From: Planctomycetota bacterium
GTDB taxonomy: Bacteria > Planctomycetota > UBA8108 > SXIK01
Length of the DNA stretch: 64,000 nt
Direction: 5' to 3'
Assembly (NCBI GenBank): GCA_965223265.1
Contig: OZ244999.1
Location: 3,872,001 to 3,936,000 of the forward strand
The notes under the pieces: model-generated
Database searches by the model: none
What the model was told of the DNA's origin: nothing
What the model saw: only the letters and a program-made list of their open reading frames with translations
Part shown: in pieces, positions 1-9,612 of the stretch
Layout: the number at the start of each line of letters is the position of its first letter
How positions within the stretch are numbered: the stretch's first letter is position 1
Made by a program: the position numbers and the translations under genes

Positions 1-32
1 CGAGATGTGAGCCCTTGATCGTGCTGAGGAGA

Positions 33-818
33 TCAATCTTCATGCGCCCTCCCATCGGTGGTGATGCGTCGAACAAGCGGTTGAAGCTCTGCTGCCAGTA
101 GATCGTCGTCCGGGTAAGCGTGGCCGCGGTGTTGCCGGAACCCCTCTGCATAGCCGCATGCCACCAAAGCGCCTCGGGCGCGCGCCCACCGCCTCGTCAT
201 GTCGAGGTACTCGTCCACTCCGTGGTGCTCCCTGAGCCAGTCACGCTGCGAGGCATGCAGCGCCAGCATCGAGAGCTTGCGGTCGATGACGTCTGTCGTA
301 TCGACACAGTAGGACGGAGTGACCGGGGCACCGAAACGATCGACCGCCTCGACCGGGTCCGCGTAGTAGAGGTGAGGGATGCGTTCAAGCGGACGCGTGC
401 TCGGCGGCGCCGGGGCGTTGGGAATCGGTGCATTGAAGGCCGCGGCACGCGCGACGAGAGACGTTTGTTCGTGGTCGAGCATGTAGTCGCTCGGGGAATG
501 TGTGATCAGGATGTCGGGGCGCACAAGCCGCAGCAAGCCACACGCCGCGACGAGCGTGTCGTCGTCGTAGTGGACGCGAAGGTCCCGGCGCTCGAGGCAG
601 TGGTAACTACCGCCGAGGTAGGCCGCGGCGTCGGCCGCTTCGCGCCGGCGTATGGACGCGATCTCTTCGGGGGGAAGCGTCGCGGACCCACAGTCGCCCG
701 GTGTCGCTGTCGCGATGTGGATCGACCAGCCTTTATCGGCAAGCAGGACAAGCACACCGCCGCAAAGAATCTCCGCGTCGTCAGGATGCGCCATCAGCGT
801 AAGAACCGTTCGCGACAT
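33..818 (-). CDS. PIG-L/LmbE family N-acetylhexosaminyl deacetylase
   Basis: N-terminal AHPDDAE motif, RRREA..AA, ITH...DY.DH metal-binding motif and C-terminal YAEGF. Confidence 0.9.
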   Translation of the reverse strand: MSRTVLTLMAHPDDAEILCGGVLVLLADKGWSIHIATATPGDCGSATLPPEEIASIRRREAADAAAYLGGSYHCLERRDLRVHYDDDTLVAACGLLRLVRPDILITHSPSDYMLDHEQTSLVARAAAFNAPIPNAPAPPSTRPLERIPHLYYADPVEAVDRFGAPVTPSYCVDTTDVIDRKLSMLALHASQRDWLREHHGVDEYLDMTRRWARARGALVACGYAEGFRQHRGHAYPDDDLLAAELQPLVRRITTDGRAHED

Positions 819-1005
819 GGCGCTATTGTCGATAAGGCACGCACATCGTCAACTGTTGCCTTTCCCATCCCGACGTGTTTCCATTGGGACGCACAGCCCG
901 AGACTCCGGCGCGGATGCACGACGTCGCCCTACGATGCACGCGTTATGCACGCGTCATGCACGCGGATGGAAGACGATCAACGATCTGTAGAAAGGCGAC
1001 GGCGA

Positions 1006-2316
1006 ATGAAAGCGGCTGCGGGGCCGGCAACGAAGCGTGAGATTTTCGCGTGGATGATGTTCGACTTCGCCAACTCCAGCTACACGACGGTCATCATCAC
1101 GGCGGTCTACGCGCCCTATTTCGTCAACGCCATCGCCGCAGGAAGTGGTCTGTCGCGCGAAGACGGCGAATGGTACTGGGGAGCATCGGTCGCCGTGTCG
1201 CAGTTCTTCGTCCTCATCAGCGCTCCAGTCGTCGGGGCGATCTGCGATTTCTCCAGTAGCAAGAAGCGTTTTCTTTTCGCCACCTACGTCGGCTGCGTCG
1301 CCGCCACGTTCGCGCTCGGCTGGGTCGGACCCGGCGATCTGGCTGCGGGCATCGCGCTGCTCGTGGTTTCGAACTTTTTCTTTTCGAGCGGCGAAAACCT
1401 CATCGCTGCCTTCTTGCCGGAGATCACAACGCCGCAGCGTATGGGTCTCGTCAGCGGACTGGGGTGGGGGATCGGCTACATCGGCGGGCTCCTGTCGCTC
1501 GTGGCATGTTACGCGTTCGTGAGCTCGGGGATCGACTCCGAGCACGCCGAGACGGTCCAGTGGGCGTTCATCATGACGGCCCTCTTCTTCCTCGCGGGTG
1601 GCCTACCGACGATCCTTTTTTTGAAGGAGCGGGCCCACCCCATGCCACTCGCGGCGGGCGACAACTACGTCAAGGCCGGGTTCCGGCGAGTCGCCACGAC
1701 CCTGCGTGAGGTCCGACGCCATCGCCAGCTGTTCCGTTTTCTCGCGATCTTCTTCGTCTACAATATAGGCATCTTTATCGTCATCGCGTTTTCGTCGATC
1801 TACGCCATCAACGAGCTCGGCTTCTCGGCCAACGAAGTCATCACGTTCTTTGTCGTCGTCCAGCTGTCGGCATCTCTCGGCGCGCTCGGATTCGGCGCTC
1901 TCCAGGACCGTCTAAGCGCGCGCTGGGCGCTCTCGCTGTCGCTCGTGTGCTGGCTCATCGTCTGTGTTGGAGCCTACTTCACGTCGACTTCCGCCCAGTT
2001 TTACGTCGTCGGCAACATCGCGGGGATCGCCATGGGTTCGTCGCAGAGCGGCGCTCGAGCGCTCGTCGGCACGTTTTCTCCTCCGGAGCGCAGCGGCGAG
2101 TTCTTCGGCTTTTGGGGCTTAGTGTGGAAACTGAGTACCTGCGTCGGTCCATTGGCGTTCAGCACCACGACAAAACTCGTTGGGATGCGGACTGCCGTAC
2201 TCCTCACGGGCGTGACGTTTCTCGTCGGCCTGATCGGGATGTGCTTCGTCGATGAGGCCGCGGGACGACGCGAAGCACTTGAAACGCCGGTGGATTCACC
2301 TGTGAGGCGCGCGTGA
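1006..2316 (+). CDS. MFS transporter (UMF1/ATG22-like family)
   Basis: AWxMFDFANSSY signature and about 12 hydrophobic segments; ATG at 1006 follows GAAAGG, so the track's extension back to 652 is not used. Confidence 0.9.
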   Translation: MKAAAGPATKREIFAWMMFDFANSSYTTVIITAVYAPYFVNAIAAGSGLSREDGEWYWGASVAVSQFFVLISAPVVGAICDFSSSKKRFLFATYVGCVAATFALGWVGPGDLAAGIALLVVSNFFFSSGENLIAAFLPEITTPQRMGLVSGLGWGIGYIGGLLSLVACYAFVSSGIDSEHAETVQWAFIMTALFFLAGGLPTILFLKERAHPMPLAAGDNYVKAGFRRVATTLREVRRHRQLFRFLAIFFVYNIGIFIVIAFSSIYAINELGFSANEVITFFVVVQLSASLGALGFGALQDRLSARWALSLSLVCWLIVCVGAYFTSTSAQFYVVGNIAGIAMGSSQSGARALVGTFSPPERSGEFFGFWGLVWKLSTCVGPLAFSTTTKLVGMRTAVLLTGVTFLVGLIGMCFVDEAAGRREALETPVDSPVRRA

Positions 2317-3353
2317 GCGACGGCACTTCGGCAGCTCAAAATCTTCTCGGCAAGATTCGACGCGTCCACGAACGAATCCGCGCCTCCGTACTGAACGCCT
2401 GCGAGGCGGCAACAGCGAAAGAGCTGACGGAAATCGTCAGCGACGCCGACGGCGACACGATCTATGCCATCGATCGCATCAGCGAAAGCACGCTCGTCGA
2501 GGCCATCGAGCTTGAGCTCGCACCCGCAGAGCCCGTCGTCTTGATCGCCGAAGGCATTGCGTCGGAGTCCGTGGTGCTGCCGCGCGGTTCCCGCGCACGC
2601 GACGCCGCCTGGAGGGTGATCGTTGACCCGATCGATGGCACTCGCCATCTCATGTATCAGAAGCGGAGCGGCTGGATTCTCACCGGGGTCGCACCCAATC
2701 GAGGCGACCAAACGTCGCTTTCAGACATCGAGCTCGCCGTGCAAACCGAGATTCCGACACTGAAACAGCACCTCGCCGACACACTGTGGGCCGTGCGAGG
2801 CCACGCGGCCCAAGGCGAGCGCTGGAACCGACTTTCCGGCGAGCGCACGCCTCTGAACCTCGTGCCGTCGCGTGCCGAAACGGTCGAGCATGGCTTCGCG
2901 ACCGTGTGCCGATATTTTCCCGGCGCGCGCGACGTGCTGGCCGCGATCGACGACGAGATCGTCACAGCGATCGCCGGCCCTGTGCGGCCGGGAAAGGCTC
3001 TCTGCTTCGAAGACCAGTACGCCTCAACAGCGGGACAGCTCTACGAGCTGACCGTCGGGCACGACCGCTTCGTAGCGGACCTGAGGCCACTGCTGCTTCA
3101 GCGCCGACGTGAACGCCCCAGCGATGGGGTCGGAATCTGTTGCCATCCTTATGACCTTTGCACGGAGCTCATCGCCCGCCAAGCCGGAGTTGTCGTCACT
3201 GGGGTGGACGGCCGCGCGCTCAACGCACCGTTAAACGTGTCCGAAAACGTTGGCTGGATCGGCTATGCTAACCCAAACCTTCGGGCCAAAGTGGAGCCCG
3301 TGCTGCAGCGCGCGCTCAGAACCCGCGGACTTCTTGACGGCAGCGCCGGCTAG
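2313..3353 (+). CDS. Inositol monophosphatase/FIG superfamily protein
   Basis: IVDPIDGT motif; GTGA overlap with the upstream MFS gene. Confidence 0.8.
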   Translation: MSDGTSAAQNLLGKIRRVHERIRASVLNACEAATAKELTEIVSDADGDTIYAIDRISESTLVEAIELELAPAEPVVLIAEGIASESVVLPRGSRARDAAWRVIVDPIDGTRHLMYQKRSGWILTGVAPNRGDQTSLSDIELAVQTEIPTLKQHLADTLWAVRGHAAQGERWNRLSGERTPLNLVPSRAETVEHGFATVCRYFPGARDVLAAIDDEIVTAIAGPVRPGKALCFEDQYASTAGQLYELTVGHDRFVADLRPLLLQRRRERPSDGVGICCHPYDLCTELIARQAGVVVTGVDGRALNAPLNVSENVGWIGYANPNLRAKVEPVLQRALRTRGLLDGSAG

Positions 3354-3416
3354 GTTCAACAACGTCTCGACCATAACCAAGAACTTGTTGCTTCTGCGAC
3401 ACCGGGAGTAGCCCCT

Positions 3417-3854
3417 TTGCGCGCACTTGGGATTCTCATTGCAGCTCTCTCGATCGGCTTCGGAATTGTCGCGGGGCGTGTTGAACACGATCGATCGCAC
3501 GCTCCACAGATTCGCCAGCCGGTCTCGCCTGCTCCCTCACTGCCGCCGCCGGCTCCGGCTGCAGCCACCGGCGTCCCTGAGACTCCACCTGTCAACGATT
3601 CATCACCCCAGTCGGCCGAGACCGCGAGTCACGATGCGATCGTTTCCCAACTCGACGAACTGGTGAGGCGCGCGCACGTGGCATACACTGCGGCGGCCGC
3701 GGAGCGCGACAACGCTCGGCTCGACGCCATACTCAACGATCTGGAGACGGTGTTGAAACGCCTCAGCGCGCTACCGGAAAGTGACGTCACGATCGAACTC
3801 CTAGGCCGGGTGAACCAGCTGCGATCCGACATCGTGCGGATGAAAGGGTTTTGA
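3417..3854 (+). CDS. Hypothetical protein with N-terminal hydrophobic anchor, Pro-rich linker and helical C-terminus
   Basis: Signal/TM-like N-terminus, amphipathic helical tail, co-oriented with neighbours. Confidence 0.6.
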   Translation: MRALGILIAALSIGFGIVAGRVEHDRSHAPQIRQPVSPAPSLPPPAPAAATGVPETPPVNDSSPQSAETASHDAIVSQLDELVRRAHVAYTAAAAERDNARLDAILNDLETVLKRLSALPESDVTIELLGRVNQLRSDIVRMKGF

Positions 3855-4079
3855 CTGGTCACAACCCACCGCTCGCCGGAGATCGCGGCGGTTAGTGAAA
3901 GAATTGGCTCTGCCAGCAGGGCAGGGAAAGGCAGGGGATTCGGCCAGAATTGCTTTCTTCACGCGACTGACGAGTGATATCCTGAGGCGTGTAGAGGTTT
4001 TCGGGTCGCATACGGTTCACGCGATGGCTGCGGGGGGAGAGCCCCCTCGTGAGCTGCGTACGCGGATCGGTTTGGGTCC

Positions 4080-4115
4080 GTTACCGTGACGTTTGAAGTT
4101 ACCGTGACGATCGAA
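4080..4115. repeat. 18-bp tandem direct repeat upstream of the cohesin/dockerin-like gene
   Basis: GTTACCGTGACGTTTGAA / GTTACCGTGACGATCGAA (16/18 identical). Confidence 0.8.
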
Positions 4116-4228
4116 GTCGCGAGTTTTCCTCGGGACTTCCGACGCAGAGAACCAAAAATGAGAGAAGAGATGATCGACTCGCCGCTCGGGCCGCGGTGCC
4201 ACTACCGACTCAGCGTGAGGGTTTCGAA

Positions 4229-5065
4229 ATGAGTAGACGCCTGCTTTGGATCACCGTCCTGACTTCAGCATGGATGAGCTCAAGCTCGGTCCAAGCTGTC
4301 AATCGTCTCCTCGTCGAGGACGGACAGCTCTCGATCAGTCCCAACCAGCAACAAATCATCGTGCGTGTCGATAACGATGTGACGCTTTTCGGGGCCTCGT
4401 TTGGCATCGGGTTCGACCCCGCGGTTCTCCGCGTTGACAGCGTCACCTGGGAAGGCGCGCTCGCTACCGAACCCGAGTGGTTCGACGGACTCATTGACAA
4501 CGGCTCGGGAATGCTCGGCTACGGAATGGTCTTCGACTTCGGTCCGTTCGACAACGCCCTTCCCCCAGGAACCAATCAGCCGGTTGCCGTCTTGAACGTG
4601 ACGGTCCTCGCCAGTGAGGAGACGACCACCGAGATCACGTTCGCTGATCAGCCAATCAACGAGAGCCGGCCGGTGCAAAACCGTCTCACCAGCGATCTCG
4701 GTGAGACACAGATCCCGGAGCTGGTCAACGCGACCATCCAGATCGGTGGTGCGGGCGCCCTGATCCAACCATACGACGTTAACCTCGATGGCGGCGTCGA
4801 CATCTCCGACCCGATTTCGGACCTCAATTTTCAGTTCGCCGGCGTCTCGATTGACGCTTGTCTCATCGAGGAAGGCGGCGGTCCAGTGGTCACACTGAAC
4901 GCCACGGGGTTGGCACTGTTCGACTGGAATGGCGACGGCACTCACGACATTTCAGACCCGGTAGGCTCCCTCAACTTTCAGTTCGCCGGCGGCAACAACC
5001 CGCCGCATGCTCTCGGGTCCGACTGTCTCGCGTTCGTTGGGACTTGTCCGAGCGTCTGCAACTAG
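4229..5065 (+). CDS. Secreted cohesin-like plus dockerin/EF-hand-like domain protein
   Basis: Signal peptide ending SVQA; beta-sandwich segment (VRVDN...FGIGFDPAVLRVDSV); two Ca-loop repeats DVNLDGGVDISDP and DWNGDGTHDISDP. Confidence 0.75.
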   Translation: MSRRLLWITVLTSAWMSSSSVQAVNRLLVEDGQLSISPNQQQIIVRVDNDVTLFGASFGIGFDPAVLRVDSVTWEGALATEPEWFDGLIDNGSGMLGYGMVFDFGPFDNALPPGTNQPVAVLNVTVLASEETTTEITFADQPINESRPVQNRLTSDLGETQIPELVNATIQIGGAGALIQPYDVNLDGGVDISDPISDLNFQFAGVSIDACLIEEGGGPVVTLNATGLALFDWNGDGTHDISDPVGSLNFQFAGGNNPPHALGSDCLAFVGTCPSVCN

Positions 5066-5131
5066 AAGCGATCCAAGACAGGCCGCGCGCACAAGCGAAG
5101 CGCCGTGGTCTATTTCACGCGCCGGGGCGCT

Positions 5132-7024
5132 ATGATTGAGGGCTCATCCGTGAGACCACTCGCAGCAGCCATCCCGCCAGACGCGAACCGTGGTCGCCGC
5201 TCGCGGAGCTTACCGCGTGCCGTGAGTCTCGTCGCCCTACTATGTGGTACGCTCTCGACACCGCTGGCGCGAGCTGAAGATGGCCCGAGCGACCCCGCGC
5301 CGCTGCAGGTCGTCTCAAGCAGTCCAACTCCCGCCGCCGAGTTCAAAAGACTCCACGAAGTCTTCCTGGACGAGAAAGACAAGGACCCTTTCGAACGCGT
5401 CGTGACGCTTGAAAAGTTCGTCACGGCGCCCTGCACCGAGACGGTCGATTTCTTGATCGGGCTGTTCGAATCAGAGTCAGCGACTGTTCTCCATGCCACG
5501 GCTGCCGGCGTATTGGCTGAGCTTGGCACCGTGGAGGCAGTCAAAGCGGTGTTCCTCAAGGGCATTCCGCTCGTCGTCAAAGCCGAAGGCGACAAGTCGT
5601 TCAGCGTGCCGTTCATTGCGGGGCGTCTGGAAGGAAACCTTGAGACAAAGGCGGAGGAATGGCTGGTCAAGAAAGGCCTTAGACTCCCTGTTGTCAAGAG
5701 AATCAGCAGACTACGCTCGCTGGTGATGAATGCGATCGCGAGTGGCAACAGCGAAGCGCGTATGCCGCTCCTAGCACGCGAGCTCAAACGCACCGATTCA
5801 GACACTCTGCGAGTAAAGATCCTTGACAGCTTCGTGGACCGACCATCTCGAAAGGCTGCAGACGCGGCACTCGCGTTAGTGAAGTCGAGGAATGCAGAAG
5901 TCGCAGCGATCGCAACCTACGTTCTCGTGGCCGCTGAACACAAGCGCTACAGGAAACATTTCAAGACAGCGCTCAAGCATCGTGACTGGCGAGTTCGAGC
6001 CGCCGGGATCGACGGACTCAGCAAGCTCAAAGACCCGGACGATGTCGAAGTCCTCGCTCGCTCTCTTGAGGACGTGTCGCTCGAAGTGAGAATCGCGGCC
6101 ATTGGCGCACTGCGCGATATTGGCGGCACCGCAGTGATCCCCCCCCTGATCGATGCCCTCGGAAGGAATCGCGGCAGGGTCCTCGACGACGCGCTGGACG
6201 CCCTCGCACGTCTGACGAAACGCAGCGGTGGGGTGAACGTAGCGAACTGGCGCTCGTGGTGGAACGTCAATGAGGCCCGGCTCTCGGACGAGGATCTTCA
6301 AGCCATGAGCGCGCAGGAGTACAGCGACTTCAAGGCACGACAGACCCAAGGGAGCACCGCGGTGTACTATGGGCTCAGAGTGCTCTCAGAGAGAATCGCA
6401 TTCCTGATCGACACCTCCGAAAGCATGGAGCGGAAAGTAGCGGATCAAGACACGAAGAAGACGCGCAAGAAGCGAAAAAAACCGACCACGTCGGCCGCAG
6501 GCACGAACGAAAAAGATAAAGGACGCAAGAAGAGCAAAAAGCGCAAGGAAAAGAGTGAGGCCACCGGCGTCAGACGCCTCGTACTGGCAAAAAGAGAACT
6601 CCAAGAAGTGATCGGTGCTCTCGAAGATGGCATTCGTCTCAACGTGCTACGGTTCAACACGTTCATCGTTGACTTCGCGTCAACACTTCACGGTGACGGC
6701 AGCGCGAAACTCGCGTCCCTCGATGCGAAGTTACGCTCCAAGATCGGTAGGTTCGTGCGCAGTGCACGGGCGGAAGGGTTGACCAACGTGTCCGGGGCGC
6801 TCGCGGCCGTGTTTCGCTACGAGGTCGACACGATCTATCTGCTGTCGGATGGGGCGCCGACTGTTGGCATCGTCGATCACGCGACACTTCTCGCGCAGGT
6901 GCGCCGGTGGAACCGCTTTCGAAAAGTGAAGATCAACGTCATCGGCTTCGCGCTCGAAGGGGTCGATCGAGAGCTCATGCAGCGCCTGGCGGCCGAGAAC
7001 TTCGGGGTGTACGTGGAGCGTTGA
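5132..7024 (+). CDS. HEAT-repeat plus VWA domain protein, probably exported
   Basis: HEAT motifs (DWRVRAAGIDGL, LEVRIAAIGAL), WRSWW linker, MIDAS DTSESM...TN...LSDG; start uncertain. Confidence 0.85.
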   Translation: MIEGSSVRPLAAAIPPDANRGRRSRSLPRAVSLVALLCGTLSTPLARAEDGPSDPAPLQVVSSSPTPAAEFKRLHEVFLDEKDKDPFERVVTLEKFVTAPCTETVDFLIGLFESESATVLHATAAGVLAELGTVEAVKAVFLKGIPLVVKAEGDKSFSVPFIAGRLEGNLETKAEEWLVKKGLRLPVVKRISRLRSLVMNAIASGNSEARMPLLARELKRTDSDTLRVKILDSFVDRPSRKAADAALALVKSRNAEVAAIATYVLVAAEHKRYRKHFKTALKHRDWRVRAAGIDGLSKLKDPDDVEVLARSLEDVSLEVRIAAIGALRDIGGTAVIPPLIDALGRNRGRVLDDALDALARLTKRSGGVNVANWRSWWNVNEARLSDEDLQAMSAQEYSDFKARQTQGSTAVYYGLRVLSERIAFLIDTSESMERKVADQDTKKTRKKRKKPTTSAAGTNEKDKGRKKSKKRKEKSEATGVRRLVLAKRELQEVIGALEDGIRLNVLRFNTFIVDFASTLHGDGSAKLASLDAKLRSKIGRFVRSARAEGLTNVSGALAAVFRYEVDTIYLLSDGAPTVGIVDHATLLAQVRRWNRFRKVKINVIGFALEGVDRELMQRLAAENFGVYVER

Positions 7025-7487
7025 TTGGGCGCGGAGGCACTCCCGGCGGCGCAGGTAAACCCGTCCCCAAGGAGTGCCAGGCGAGTTCACTCGACGACGA
7101 TTGAGCCTGCGGCGTCTTCGCTGACTCGCTCGCTAACAGCCGGCGCTGCGTTAGCCGTCCGTTCGGCACCGCTGGAAACTCTACAGCTTCGAGATCGGTC
7201 GTTCCGCCGCGGCGGGAACTGTGCTAACATCAGTGGCGTCTCGGCCTAGCGCCGACCGGTTCCGTAAGATGATCAGAAGATCACAATCCCGTAAAGATTT
7301 GAGATGCCTCCGGACGGCAATCCGCGGCATCAGAAGCAAGTCCACAGATTGACTCAATCAGAAAACTCATGCCTTCTGACTGAGTCCGGATCGCCGCCGC
7401 CACCGCAACTTGGCCGTCAGGCTCGACGGCGAAGATAGAGGCGTTTTGGCGTCCGAGAGATCGAGACCAACCTTCCGAGGGAGTTCG

Positions 7488-7940
7488 ATGAAAAAGAAGG
7501 CTCGCAGCAAAAAAGCAAAAGCTGCCGCACCAAAGAAAACCAGAGCACCCGCTCCAGCCCGCGCCCCGACTTCAGGCGCTTGCCGTTTCGTCTGCAGCGA
7601 GTGCTACGCCGAATTCCTCCTGCCGGCGAACTTCTCGAAGGACACACTCACGTGCCCTGAGTGCCTACACGTAGGCAAGCGTCCAAAAGATGATTTCTTG
7701 CGCACGGTGCTGATCCACAAAGGCCAAGAGAAGAAATCGTTCGCTCTGACGGCGTTTTGCGGTGTCCTCTTTTTCGCCGTGTCGCTCTTCCTGGTGTGGA
7801 AGGTTTCACCCTACGCTGGCGAACAGGGCGCAGCCGATAACTTGCCCACGATTCTACTCGGCGTCTCCGCGGCGCTCCTCGTCGTCTTCCTCATCCTCCT
7901 GGCACGCTACGAAGGCAACCGCTGGGAGGTCTACTTCTGA
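7488..7940 (+). CDS. Zinc-ribbon membrane protein (CxxC...CPxC, 2 TM)
   Basis: GAGGGAG RBS before ATG 7488; CSEC and CPEC; two C-terminal hydrophobic helices. Confidence 0.7.
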   Translation: MKKKARSKKAKAAAPKKTRAPAPARAPTSGACRFVCSECYAEFLLPANFSKDTLTCPECLHVGKRPKDDFLRTVLIHKGQEKKSFALTAFCGVLFFAVSLFLVWKVSPYAGEQGAADNLPTILLGVSAALLVVFLILLARYEGNRWEVYF

Positions 7941-7974
7941 GGTTGTCGAGTGGCCGCCGCCCGATCGGACGCGG

Positions 7975-9006
7975 TCAGCGCGCTGACGGCTTAAACGGCG
8001 GTCCGCTCCTGCCACGGCGAGGGGGACGCTCCCCTCGCCGACGGTGATGACCAGCGCGCCGCTCGCCATGCACCAGGTGACGGCACGCGCGCCGACGCTC
8101 ATGCGGCTTGAGCTCGGTCCATTTCTGCCACGCCGCTGGCGACAAAAACTCTGGCCTGTCGACACCGCCGGGTTCGACCAGCGACCAAATTCGTCGCGGC
8201 GCAAGCTGCTTCATACCTGCGAGCTCAGCGTCTGAGAACGTCCCTTCCAGCACCTGCATGGCCATATAACGCCGGATCCAGCGTCGCTGCTCATCTCGCG
8301 ACAAGCCGCGCACTTCCGCCGCCTTCTCCGGCGACAACGTGGCGAGGAGTCGCTCACGTCGCTCCTCGAGAAATTTCCGGATTTCGCCGCGCCGCTGACT
8401 TGGCGGCAGTCGTTCCACTCGGTCGCGCACTTCCGCCGGCAAACGGCGCCAAAGTCGGTGGCGGCGGGCGCCCTTGAGCACCTCACACCGACGCGGACGA
8501 TCGAAACGACGCAGGTGACGAAAGAGTTTTCGCCGCTCCTCCGGACCGAGCGACTGCAACCTTGCGAACAGCTGGCGGAGCCGCTGCCGCTTCGCTTCCG
8601 GCAGGCCTTTCCAACGCTGCCGCAGCTTGAGGAGCCGTTCCTCGTCGAGCGGCGCCGTGGGCTCGGAGTCGGCGCCCTCCGCTCCAGGGCGGTCAACGCG
8701 CTTCCGATCCGTATCGCCAGGCGGCGCCTTCCGCCGCCATCGCCCTTCTCGATCCCGAGCGCCACGCCCCGCCCGTCGATCGGAGCGCCCACGAGCCCTA
8801 CCTCGAGCGGTGTCCTCGCCCTCTGCTAAGTCGACCGCACGCTCAGGCTGCGAGGGCGACCGTGTCTCGTCGTCCGCCGTCGCCGGTCGCACGACCAGAA
8901 GCAGCACCAACGTGACGGCACACACCCCACAGCCGTGCCGCCGCCGAAACGGCAGCGCGAGCGCCGCATGCCAGCCCAGGTGAGTGAAACGGAGCGTCAA
9001 CTTCAT
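7975..9006 (-). CDS. DUF3106-like helical repeat periplasmic protein
   Basis: Repeats of W/L..LP/S.E.R (WKGLPEAKR, LQSLGPEERR, WRRLPAEVR, WTELKPHERR); ATGA overlap with the anti-sigma gene. Confidence 0.7.
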   Translation of the reverse strand: MKLTLRFTHLGWHAALALPFRRRHGCGVCAVTLVLLLVVRPATADDETRSPSQPERAVDLAEGEDTARGRARGRSDRRAGRGARDREGRWRRKAPPGDTDRKRVDRPGAEGADSEPTAPLDEERLLKLRQRWKGLPEAKRQRLRQLFARLQSLGPEERRKLFRHLRRFDRPRRCEVLKGARRHRLWRRLPAEVRDRVERLPPSQRRGEIRKFLEERRERLLATLSPEKAAEVRGLSRDEQRRWIRRYMAMQVLEGTFSDAELAGMKQLAPRRIWSLVEPGGVDRPEFLSPAAWQKWTELKPHERRRACRHLVHGERRAGHHRRRGERPPRRGRSGPPFKPSAR

Positions 9007-9539
9007 AGCTGCTCCAGAAGCTCCTCCTCCAGTGCCTCCTCCGGAACACTATCCTCCCAGCCGCCGTCCAAAAGTAGCTGCACAAGATCGCTGTCGAGCT
9101 CAACACCAACCGCGTCGATGTCCTCAAGAAGATCCAAATGGGAAAGTAGCTCGGTGTCGACCTTCTCGGAGTCGTCTCCCTTTGGCAGCACCACGTCTTG
9201 ACCCGCATCTTCCTTACTGAAGAAAAACCACGCCGTCACAGCGACGAGCGTCGCTGCCGCCAGTGCCAACACCCATCGGTGTGAGGTGACATCCGACGCC
9301 GCGGCTCGCTCTCGCACGCGCGCCGCGAGCGACCCGTCGAACGGGCGCGGCTCGACGTCGAGAACCTGAGCCAACCGCAGCGTGAGTGCCCGCTCGTGCT
9401 CCAGCTCGGCGCGGCAGGCTGGGCACGAGTCAATATGGCTGACGACGAGCTGCTGCTCCTGCACCGGAAGCTCTCCATCGACAAACGCAACCAAGTTCTC
9501 ACGAACGTCGTCGCATTGCATTCGACTCGCATCTACCAT
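9003..9539 (-). CDS. Anti-sigma factor with zf-HC2 (ZAS) domain and TM helix
   Basis: C..VRENL.AFVDGEL...HIDSCPAC, then a TM segment; downstream of the ECF sigma gene. Confidence 0.88.
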   Translation of the reverse strand: MVDASRMQCDDVRENLVAFVDGELPVQEQQLVVSHIDSCPACRAELEHERALTLRLAQVLDVEPRPFDGSLAARVRERAAASDVTSHRWVLALAAATLVAVTAWFFFSKEDAGQDVVLPKGDDSEKVDTELLSHLDLLEDIDAVGVELDSDLVQLLLDGGWEDSVPEEALEEELLEQL

Positions 9540-9612
9540 TCGACTCGCTCACCTTTCTTCAACGTCGCAACTTCCAGGTCAAGAGATGCCATCAAGGCGA
9601 CAGCAGAACGCT

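Noticed and set aside
4229-5065. Cellulosome scaffoldin
   Set aside because: It has a single cohesin-like domain, no CBM, and no dockerin-bearing glycoside hydrolases are in the window.
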